Shown here in pieces: positions 52,997-64,000 of a stretch of 64,000 bases of DNA (position 1 is the first letter of the stretch; the number at the start of each line of letters is the position of its first letter). The DNA is from Octopus bimaculoides (lineage: Eukaryota), in the NCBI RefSeq assembly GCF_001194135.2, contig NC_068981.1, forward strand, positions 86,253,049-86,317,048, given 5' to 3'. The position numbers and the translations under genes are program-made. The notes below the pieces were generated by a model that did not search any database, was not told the origin of the DNA, and worked only from the letters and a program-made list of their open reading frames with translations.

Positions 52997-53499
52997 ATAT
53001 AAAGAAAGTCAGGAGGTATGAGATGAATGCTTATTTCACTAGTAGATATTCATAACACCTCATGAAATAATCTTCACTGATTTGATTTACTGGATTTCAA
53101 CTGCATAGAACTCTACATTACACTCCTATGTGGTTTGTTGCCCGGTCTACCATAGGAGCTTTTTTGTGATTACCACTGGATTAGATAAATCTATATATTG
53201 TGTATTAAATTTGTGTGTGTGCGTATGGCACAATCCTCTTGCTTGCCAGCTCCTGTCAAACCCATGCCAGCATGGAAAATGGACATTAAATGATGATAGT
53301 TTTGTTGTTTTATTGTTGCATGGATCATGTGGGATTTGTTGATGAATTGTCTTTCCTGTCACCGACCCTCACCTGTTTCCCAGCCAAGGTAATATTTCCC
53401 CATGACCAGACAAGTTTTCATAAAAGATTGGAAACAAAAGACACTGCTTGTATGGTGGTGATGTCCATTTACATCTATCATGTGAAGTGAAGGCCAGTA

Positions 53500-55130
53500 G
53501 ACAGTAAAACATATGGCTTAGTCAGGAAGAAAAACAGTTTCTTTAATTTTTGCAGGTTCTGTATGATTGGTGTGACTGATACAGCTAATGTTCATCTTGA
53601 TTGGGCAGGAAAGGAACTTCTCAGAAGGAGCAGAGACTGTTGTGATAGCAATAGATTAGACAAGGTGAGGAGACGAGGATGACTGTAGGTTAGAAATTCT
53701 ATGTTAGCAAGAGGATTATTGCTAATCTGTTAGATAGCCTTCTTTTTGGATGCAGTATAGACAATTGGTATGTTTTCATAGTATAGTCCCAGATATGGGA
53801 GCTGTATAACATTGTGAGTCTTACTAAGCTTTGAAAGAGGTGTCAGCAGCTGATCAAAGTTGAAGAATATGTTCTGACCTTAATGAAGCAATTTTTACTA
53901 TTATATTTGTAGGGTTGTTTGGAAAGTTTGTTTTTGCCCTTTATCCAATCTAAATAACCTTATAGGGATGCTTTCTAGGATGTTTGTGTGTGCGTGTGTG
54001 TGTGCAAAGCAGCAGCTATTGTTGTATATTGATCATGGGAGAGTGGGGTGCAAGAGTATTACATGGAGTATTTCTGGGAAAAGATTTTTGTTGCTGTTTA
54101 GTCCCAGCTCAGCTGTCATTGTATTTTTCTAAGATGGTGGGTGAGATTTGAAAGTTTAGCTGCTATTTTTAGCAGTTTGAGTTATAGATGCTACCTTCAC
54201 TCTCTTAGTGAAAAGTAAAATGTGAGTGTATATTGTTAGAAGTCACTGTGAGAAGATCTTAATTTACTGGAGGAAAAGCCTAGGGACATAACTGAACGAT
54301 GTATGCACGACAGTTGATACAGGATGAGTTGCAGGTATCCCCATCCGAACATTTTGTGATGGATCAGACAGGCAGTGCATGAAATAAGGGAGTGATAGTC
54401 TATATGCAAGCAACTTTGCCAAGATGTTCTCACGACTGCTCCTGTAATTGATTTTGTTGATTTTTAAGGGCAAAATTGACTGCTGCTAAGTGGTGTGGTT
54501 GAGCAAGTCCCACTCTCACTCTGAAACTGTATATGTAGTTGCTGAAGAGAGAGAGAGAAAGAAACATGGTGATAAAGAGGTGGTTGTTTGCAGTGGTTTC
54601 CAACACCTTTGATAAGCTGGAAGTGTTGGTTGTTTTCTTCTTGGGAATAAGACTGCAATGTGATTTAATATTGTGATAAATCTTCATAGAAAGAAACAGA
54701 TTGAAGAGGAGTGTAGTGAGGCTTGGAGATAACCTCTAGCACCTAGTTTGAACATAATGGAAAGGACACTCAGCATAATGAATAAACATGAATATTTGCC
54801 CACTTTATGATGTGTATGTGTGAAGTTTGAAGCAAATGAAGTGGCTTTATCGGCAGATATATTTACAAGGCCATCTTTGTTGAGGAGTGGCAGATAGGAG
54901 GGAGTTTGTTGGCTGAGTGATATAGTAAAGCATTTTCTGCTTTTCCTGATGGTCCTAGCAATGCTATGCATTAAAGCTTCATGTTTTCTTGATGGTCTTC
55001 TTGCAGGTGTTTTAGGTAGCACTAATTCAATTGAAAGCATGAGATGAAACTTTCCTTTTGTAATGGAGGGTGAAATGAAATAGAAAAATATAAAGTGTAT
55101 GAAAAGCCTGTTGTGATGTTTAGGATACTT
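53500..55130 (-). mobile_element. Decayed CR1/Jockey-group LINE RT region
   Basis: Fragmentary motifs DKATSFASNF, LSKVLE, AKLLAY across frameshifts. Confidence 0.55.
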
Positions 55131-55650
55131 CATCGGTTGATATTAGTTAACTGAGCTAAGGGAATGAGTTTGCTAGGAACAAAGGTTGTGATTGATGCAA
55201 CAAATAATAAAAATTATATTTGATCATTGAGTTAGAAGTACAGTTCACAAGGACATCTTTGAAGCTCTTACTTCCTTAAACTGAGAAGCTCATACCTACT
55301 GAAACTGACATTAGCAAGTTAGAGATTTTTTTCTTGTTTCTTCTTATTTCATAAGGCTTTCTTTGACTGTTTATCCTGTAAAATATGCTGTTGTATGTAA
55401 CTGAAATTTGGAAGATATGGCCTATTCAAACAAGAATATGTAACCAACTGTTGGAGGATGTGAGATTAGACTTAGAATGTTGAAGTCAAGTACTAAATAA
55501 CAAAAAATGACAGTAAGTGGAGTCATTTTTGTATAGCAGGCCTGACTATCCCTTGTCAGCATATCAAACTGAATCATTAAGATGATTACATTTGAATAAA
55601 TAAACGTGTAAATGATAGACACATATGACTAGCTGTTGAAACTAATGCTG

Positions 55651-55682
<32 letters not shown>

Positions 55683-55752
55683 NNNNNNNNNNNNNNNNNN
55701 NNNNNNNNNNNNNNNNNNNNNNNNNNNNNNNNNNNNNNNNNNNNNNNNNNNN

Positions 55753-55791
<39 letters not shown>

Positions 55792-55947
55792 GGGGTTGAG
55801 TTCACTTGTGATCAAAACGAATAGGTACACTAAGTGCTATAATTGGTTGTCCATTCGGTTCCAAGTTCACAACTGGGGCTGGATCTAGGGATCCACATTA
55901 GGGTTCCATTATAGCAGGTATATATATTAGAGGAAAAAGCAAGACCC

Positions 55948-56457
55948 AGGCAGAACAAGTATCTCAAGTCATTTAGAATAATTTAATTAGGGTAAGGTGA
56001 ATTTTGAAGTCTTACAACCATTTCTGGGATAACCCAAGTGGTAGGTTAGCATCTCCACACACTGGTTATTCCATCATTAGAGACAAGGTATGAATGTTTT
56101 AGACGGAAAAATTACAGTTTACAAAGAATAAAATATATTCACAGTTTATAAGGAATAAAATAGAAGAATAAAAAGTAAAGGTAGAATACAGGTGGGAGAA
56201 TAATGTTCACAACTCCTCTTTTTCCAGGGGATATCCATATCCTCTGGATATTCGTTATAAAGTGTGAATATATTTTATTCCTTGTAAACTAAATTTTCCC
56301 TGTCTAAAATATTCATACCTTGTCTCTGATGATGGAATACCCAGTGCATGGACATGCTAGTCCACCACTTGGGTTATCCCATAAATGGCTGTAAGACTTC
56401 AAATTCACCTTACCCTAATTAAATTATTCCAAATAACCTGAGATACTCATTCTGCCT
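55948..56457. mobile_element. Inverted repeat (arms 55948-56151 and 56255-56457) with two degenerate hammerhead cores; Penelope-like
   Basis: About 200-bp arms; each contains GTCT-CT(G/A)ATGA-stemII-(G/T)AAA-TGG(C/T)TG-TA-AGAC. Confidence 0.7.
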
Positions 56458-56498
56458 CAGTTTTGTTTTTTCCTATAATATATATTTATCTATCTATC

Positions 56499-56547
<49 letters not shown>

Positions 56548-58061
56548 NNNNNNNNNNNNNNNNNNNNNNNNNNNNNNNNNNNNNNNNNNNNNNNNNNNNN
56601 NNNNNNNNNNNNNNNNNNNNNNNNNNNNNNNNNNNNNNNNNNNNNNNNNNNNNNNNNNNNNNNNNNNNNNNNNNNNNNNNNNNNNNNNNNNNNNNNNNNN
56701 NNNNNNNNNNNNNNNNNNNNNNNNNNNNNNNNNNNNNNNNNNNNNNNNNNNNNNNNNNNNNNNNNNNNNNNNNNNNNNNNNNNNNNNNNNNNNNNNNNNN
56801 NNNNNNNNNNNNNNNNNNNNNNNNNNNNNNNNNNNNNNNNNNNNNNNNNNNNNNNNNNNNNNNNNNNNNNNNNNNNNNNNNNNNNNNNNNNNNNNNNNNN
56901 NNNNNNNNNNNNNNNNNNNNNNNNNNNNNNNNNNNNNNNNNNNNNNNNNNNNNNNNNNNNNNNNNNNNNNNNNNNNNNNNNNNNNNNNNNNNNNNNNNNN
57001 NNNNNNNNNNNNNNNNNNNNNNNNNNNNNNNNNNNNNNNNNNNNNNNNNNNNNNNNNNNNNNNNNNNNNNNNNNNNNNNNNNNNNNNNNNNNNNNNNNNN
57101 NNNNNNNNNNNNNNNNNNNNNNNNNNNNNNNNNNNNNNNNNNNNNNNNNNNNNNNNNNNNNNNNNNNNNNNNNNNNNNNNNNNNNNNNNNNNNNNNNNNN
57201 NNNNNNNNNNNNNNNNNNNNNNNNNNNNNNNNNNNNNNNNNNNNNNNNNNNNNNNNNNNNNNNNNNNNNNNNNNNNNNNNNNNNNNNNNNNNNNNNNNNN
57301 NNNNNNNNNNNNNNNNNNNNNNNNNNNNNNNNNNNNNNNNNNNNNNNNNNNNNNNNNNNNNNNTATATATATATATGTCAGGTACAAGGCCAGCAGTTTT
57401 TAAGGATGAGGTTTAAGTTGATACCATCAATCCCACTATTTGACTCTTGCTGTTTTTCATTGATGCTGAATGAATGAATGAATGAAAGATAAACTCATCT
57501 TGGGCAGGACTTGAACTTAGAATGTAAAAAGCCAGAACAAAGTTCTACCAATTCTCTGAGGAGTTCACCAGCTCAGCACCCTTTTGTTTAGTATATGTTG
57601 CTATGCCTCAATTAGATGCATAACAATATATAAACCTACATCAGAGATCACAAGTTTCCAATGTATAGTTCCAATGGAAATACTAGGAAACAATCAGCTG
57701 TGTGTATTTATTTACTGAAGTATTTAAAGTTCGTTTTCGATTTAAGGATGCAAATGAAATTTTTTTTTTTTTTTTCCCTAATGTACTATTTGTTTATTGA
57801 ATACATTAACTTAAATAATGAGTTCACATTGTTGCTAAATTCATATCAGCTGGTGTGCATTGATGCCGTCGAGAGGTAGGCTCCAAAACGGTGCACATTC
57901 TCTCCTGATGACCCCATACACTTGCTGGCTTCCAATATGTGGAGTTCTCAACTGTTAGCACTTGCATGTGCAGGTTGTTTGCTAAACATCTTTGTTTTTT
58001 AAAAAAATTTTGAAGAATCTTAAAAGTAATGGTTTATATTGATAGCTGTTATTTTATCACT

Positions 58062-58490
58062 GATCATCATCATCATCGTTTAACGTCCGCTTTCCATGCT
58101 AGCATAGGTTGGACGATTTGACTGAGGACTCGTGCAACCGGATGGCTACACCAGGCTCCAATCTAATATGGCAGAGTTTCTACAGCTGGATGCCCTTCCT
58201 AACGCCAACCACTCAGAGAGTGTAGTGGGTGCTTTTACGTGTCACCTGCACGAAAACGGCCACACTCGAAATGGTGTCTTTTATGTGCCACCCGCACAAG
58301 AGCCAGTCCAGGGGCACTGGCAACGATCTCGCTCGAAAACCCTACAAGGCCAGTCAGGCGGTACTGGCAACGGTCACGCTCAGGATGGTACATCTCATGT
58401 GCCACCCGCACAAGAGCCAGTCCAGGGGCCCTGGCAACGATCTCACTTGGCTTGCCGGGTCTTCTCACGCACAGCACATTTGTCATTCAT
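58062..58490 (-). mobile_element. RTE 3' UTR copy
   Basis: Reverse complement of the 25310-25713 sequence. Confidence 0.85.
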
Positions 58491-61400
58491 TAGAAAGTGG
58501 CACATATTTACACGAATTTACACTTTTGCATCCACTTCATGGTAATGGTTTACACATAAACAAAAGCAATTAGCATATTTTTCAATAGCAATTGGGTCAT
58601 TGCATTGTACAAATGTCACACATATGAATTGTTATTATTCTAGAGCTATTAGATAGCATGGCATTAATTGATATCAATTTGGTATAGTTTTCCATTATCA
58701 CTATTGATAATTGCAAGAAACATTCATGTAATTATGAGTGCTTAAGTTTTTTTTGCATAGTATTTAGTTAATAATCAAATTGATATTATATACAAAATAT
58801 TTATTTAACACTAGAAGTTCCGGATACGTTTTTGTTATTTAGAAGGACCAAGGAGTCACTCCTAACCTCTTAAAATATTTTTTTTTCCATATAATCCTTA
58901 ATCCTTCAGCATTTAAACTGGTCATATCCGGCCCAAATATGTCGCCTGTTTTATGTTCAAACTGCCCAGATCAAACTGCCGTCACCCCTATCCTACAATA
59001 TCATTCTAAATATAGACAATAACATCATCAAGATCTCAAATTTATGAGATGATACATGACTAATTCAAAACAATATGAATAAATAAGCTTTACATTCAAC
59101 AGTAATTTGAACACTAAAGGGTTAAAGATTTTTCTTTTTTACCATGGGATTGTTATCCTTCAATTCTACCTTATTGTTTTACAGTTTGCTGTCATTTGGC
59201 ATTATAATTCATTACTACTTAAATTCAAGGAAGCAGCTTGCATTCATGAAAAAAATCCCACATGAAATTTATTCTGACTGCATGGTGTAAACATTCTGAC
59301 TTCTCAAAATCAATAAAAAATCTGCTCAAGGCATTTACTGTTCATGTGCATTTGATGCACTTTTTACTAGTTCAATTCTGACTCTTATGTGAGTGCAACA
59401 GCATGCTTTATTGAATGTCTTACAAATGAAGTGAGACTTATTCCTACACTTGTCCATCTGGCAATGTTACTGTTGTTTTAGGAGGGGGCCAGTTATGGAA
59501 TGTCTGTCCTCCTCATTTTCTCGCAGTCATTCTGATTTCCAGAAACTATCTTAGGAAGAGGTGCAATAGGTTATATTGTTATAGAATTGCCAGAAGCATA
59601 GTTTGAAATATGCTTCATAATTACATTTTCTATAAGTGACTCTACACAGGCATTCATCTTAGGGGCCATTTTTAACTGCATGGTTTTTCTAGATAGGTGT
59701 GCAAATCTTAGAAAAACTGCATGAAATATCAAATAATAAAATTCATCAAAGGAACAGTTCCAAAAGTCAGGAAAGCCCCACTTGCTAACTTTTGTGTGCT
59801 TATGTATGCTTTGTGTGTTGAAAATTGAAATGGATCAAAAATGACTGCTTGGTATTCTAATGTTGATAGTGAAGAATAATAAATATTTGATGATTTAAAC
59901 AAAAATGCTGTCTTGTACAAAGCTCTTTCTGCCTACTCTTGTACAAATGTTACCTTTAGAAGTTTTGTTTGTAATATATCAAACAAGGTTTTTTTTTTAT
60001 TTCAGCCTTTGCTGTTATTTACATAATAAGCACGCATGGCTGTGATTAAGAAGTTTGCTTCCTTGTCACAAAGTTTCAGGTTTAATTCTACTGTATAGCA
60101 TTTTTGTTGAGTGTCTTTTACTGTAGCTCTGGGATAACCACAGCCTTGTGAGTGGATTTCGTAGATGGAAACTGAAAGAAGCCCATCATATGTATGTTGT
60201 ATGTTTGTATCTCCTTGTCTTGACATTGTGTGATAGTTATAAATGAGTATCCCTGTGATACAAGTAGCACCATTCATTTCCAGTCTTCTACAAAAACATG
60301 TCTGACTATGGGGAAATATACCTTGCTTGGAAACAGGAAGGGCATCCAGCCATAGAAGTTCTGCCTCAATAAACTCTGTCCAACCCATGCAAGCACAGAG
60401 AAGTGGATGTTCTGATGGTGAATGTAATTTGATGCAAAGCCTTTCCATCCTTAGCCACTCTCAAGATCTATTTCTGTTGTTCAACCCCTCTCATTGTTTC
60501 AAACACTGCCTCCTGGCTTATGATGTTACTTTAGTGTAGTCTACTCTGTTGCAAACATTTAAACTATGTCTTTGTTCTGAGAATAAGTTCCTTCTTCCAC
60601 CAGTCTTGAAGGCCATGTAAAAAGTCATGAGCAGCACCTTTCTTTCTTTGATTAAAATATAAAAGCCCTGGAAGAATTGAACTTCATAATCTTTCATCCA
60701 CCTTGTGCCAGTTTTTGCTCAGTCCCAAATTGCCTCTAGTTGAGCAGACCTGTGATCAAAAGGCATTCTATTGCTGAAGCACTTGGAATTAACAGAAAAA
60801 ACTCCCTCATGGAATGTTTAAAATCTATAAACAAAATAGTTCACTCAGACTAGCTTTACCCATTATGATCCAGTTATTAAGATAGTGGAGTACAGATTGA
60901 AAAAAAAAAATCTAGATATTATTTCTAGTAGGTTTTCTCACTGCCACAATACATAAATCCAGTGGTATCAAAGCATTTCACAACACTTTAGATATTTCTG
61001 TTGCTAATATTATCTATCTTCATGTGTGTAAGCATGGTTGTGTGGCTAAGAGGCTTGCTTCCCAACTGTGCAGCACCTTGGGTGTCTTCTACTATAGACC
61101 CATGCAGACAGAATCTGAAAGAAGCCCACTGTATATAGGTATTTGTGTATGTGTTTATGTTTACCCTTGTCTTGATATAACATGATGGTTGTAGATTAGT
61201 ATGTTGTTCATTTCCAGTCCTTCATGCAAAACAAATCTGACCATGAGAAGATATTACTTTGCTTAGAAAAAGGTGAGGGTTGGCAACAGGAAGGGCATTG
61301 GGCCATAGAAAATTTGCCTCAAATTTCATTTGACCCGTGCAAGCATGAGAAAGTGGATGTCAGATGTTGATGAATATGTCATGCCTACAGACAGCCATCA

Positions 61401-61854
61401 TGGACAGGTGCAGGTTGACAAGAAGGGTATCTGGTCCTAGAAAATATGTCTCAACAAATTCTGTCTGAACTGTGCAAACATGGAATAATTGATCTTAAAT
61501 GATTACAACCTTTTTTTTTTTTTTTTTGTACATATTATGTTAGAGGCTTCTGTTGAAAAATGTTTTTGAAAACCAAACAATCTGTTTTACTCAGGTCTCA
61601 TATTTGAAAGCAATGAATCAAAATGTTTTGAATATTGTTGAAAGGTTTTCATGTTTCACATGCTAACTGAGCATGTTAAGACAAGTGTTTTTACAGTTAA
61701 GTGTTTTTTTGCTTATCTCAAGTTGTTAGACAATTTATCTCCCTCAATGGCCTGATATAGTTGACTCTGACAAAGTTTAAACTTTGATAGTATTGGAGTA
61801 GAATCTTAACCACATGACTATTCACTCCCTATTTCTATTTATTTATATAAAATG

Positions 61855-61893
<39 letters not shown>

Positions 61894-61903
61894 NNNNNNN
61901 NNN

Positions 61904-61941
<38 letters not shown>

Positions 61942-62825
61942 AATACACACACAAGCACATATGTATATTTATATTCATGTATGTGTATATATGTATGCAT
62001 AAATGTGTGTGTGTATATGTCATGTGGAGGGGTAGTAGTGTATCAACAAACTTAACTGGAGTAATTAATACTGCAATCAATAAAGATGTTTTCATTAATA
62101 CAAAATCCAAACTTCTTTTTGGAAGGCTGCAACCCACCCACATGCACACACACACACAGTGTCCCCATTCTAAATATTTTAACTTGATACATTTGTAAAT
62201 TAAGCACATATGTGCTTACCAAAGTTTTTCCCTAAGAAAGCAGACATTAACTGTTAAAATAGTTTAAAAATAAAATTAAAAAACGCTGTATATTTTTGTA
62301 ATTTTACTTGAGTCTTCTGAGAATCACTAAATATACTTTTTTATGTTAATAGAATGTTTTGGTATGTAAATAACAAGAATATTTTGAGATTGTGTTATCT
62401 CCTTATTACTTGGGCTGAAACCATTATTCATATACTGATGATATTTCACTATTCTCAACCTCATATATGAATATATAATGGTAATATTTTATTACTTGAA
62501 GATTGCCATTAGTGTTTAATTTCTCTGGTGTTGATCTAACACAGTGGATTTTCTTTGTGTTCAGTTTTTAATCATCATGATCATCGTTTTAGCGTCCACT
62601 TTTCCATATTTGCATAGGTCACTTGGAGTTTATTGAGAGGGGTTTTCTTTCGTCGGGTGCCCTTCCAGTCATGAATTGTCATTTGTTTTGAGGCAAATTT
62701 AATTTCCCCATTCTCAGACATGTTCTAGTTGAATATTGCAAGTGAATGACACTGCTTGTATGACAGTGACACTCATTTTACAACTATCACATGATGTTGA
62801 GATGAGGAGACACAAACATACTCAC

Positions 62826-63782
62826 AAGATCGTTGCCAGTGCCCCTGGACTGGCTCTTGTGCAGGTGACACATGAAATGTTTCGAGCGAGATCGTTGCCG
62901 GTGCCCCTTAACTGGCTCTTGTGCGGGGCTGTCGTAGGATTTTCGAGCAAGATCGTTGCCAGTGCCCCTAGACTGGCTCATGTGCAGGCGACACATGAAA
63001 TGTTTCGAGCGAGATCGTTGCCGGTGCCCCTGGGCTGGCTCATGTGCGGGTGACACATGAGGTTTTTCAAGCGAGATCGTTGCCGGTGCCCCTGGACTGG
63101 CTCATGTGCGGGCGACACATGAAATCTTTCGGGCGGGATCGNNNNNNNNNNNNNNNNNNNNNNNNNNNNNNNNNNNNNNNNNNNNNNNNNNNNNNNNNNN
63201 NNNNNNNNNNNNNNNNNNNNNNNNNNNNNNNNNNNNNNNNNNNNNNNNNNNNNNNNNNNNNNNNNNNNNNNNNNNNNNNNNNNNNNNNNNNNNNNNNNNN
63301 NNNNNNNNNNNNNNNNNNNNNNNNNNNNNNNNNNNNNNNNNNNNNNNNNNNNNNNNNNNNNNNNNNNNNNNNNNNNNNNNNNNNNNNNNNNNNNNNNNNN
63401 NNNNNNNNNNNNNNNNNNNNNNNNNNNNNNNNNNNNNNNNNNNNNNNNNNNNNNNNNNNNNNNNNNNNNNNNNNNNNNNNNNNNNNNNNAGCGAGATCGT
63501 TGCCGGTGCCCCTGGGCTGGCTCATGTGCGGGTGACACATGAGGTTTTTCGAGCGAGATGAGCATGGCCGTTGCCAGTACCGCCTGACTGGCCTTCGTGC
63601 GGGTGACACGTAAAAGCACCCACTACACTCTCTGAGTGGTTGGCGTTAGGAAGGGCATCCAGCTGTAGAAACTCTGCCAAATCAGAATGGAGCCTGGTGT
63701 AGCCATCTGGTTTCACCAGTCCTCAGTCAAATCGTCCAACCCATGCTAGCATGGAAAGCGGATGTTAAACGACGACGACGAT
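62826..63782 (+). mobile_element. RTE 3' UTR copy with expanded tandem array of about 62-bp units (gapped)
   Basis: At least 6 visible GATCGTTGCC(A/G)GTG... units followed by the standard RTE tail. Confidence 0.85.
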
Positions 63783-64000
63783 ACGATGGGCTTCTTTCAG
63801 TTTCTATCTACCAAATCCATTCACAAGGCTTTGGTCAGTATGGGGGCTATAGTTGAAGACACTTGCCTAAGGTGCTATACAGAGGTTCTGAATCTGGAAC
63901 CATGTGGTTAGGAAGCTAACTTCTTACCAGCCATTCCTGTGCCTCTTATTATTTGAAAATTGACTTTAATATTTAATTTCTCTCATGTTGGATGAGTATA

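Noticed and set aside
59400-59800. Possible terminal exons (- strand FLRFAH...NSITI*; + strand IGVQ...PTC*)
   Set aside because: Short, no recognisable homology, and no linkable upstream exons in the window
62826-63560. CRISPR-like array of hairpin-containing repeats
   Set aside because: Units are contiguous degenerate copies without unique spacers, belong to an RTE 3' UTR, and there are no cas genes; eukaryotic context

Overview
AT-rich, repeat-dense eukaryotic genomic DNA with many N gaps. It is probably a coleoid cephalopod (Octopus-like), inferred from the SINE/LINE families and microsatellite load. Two convergent protein-coding genes can be assembled by hand. (1) A + strand gene with exons 1388-1561, 6500-6667, 9314-11193 and 13302-13412, encoding about 750-780 aa of largely low-complexity protein. 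It has a TQT (LC8-type) motif, a 17-unit 12-aa KNSPEHNASVSM repeat and a C-terminal T-K-L; I do not recognise the family. (2) A complete 3-exon Tim13 (TIMM13) gene on the - strand (29616-19636; 91 aa, twin CX3C). The rest is largely mobile DNA: RTE LINE 3' ends with a tandem hairpin minisatellite, R4/Dong-type and CR1-type LINE relics, mariner/Tc1 relics, a Helitron with canonical ends, three tRNA-derived SINE families, and hAT, Tc1/pogo and Merlin-like MITEs with intact TSDs (two carry TTAGGG repeats). The most notable non-annotated signal is a set of head-to-head inverted repeats carrying degenerate minimal hammerhead-ribozyme cores of the Penelope-like type. No CRISPR, rRNA or bona fide tRNA genes were seen.
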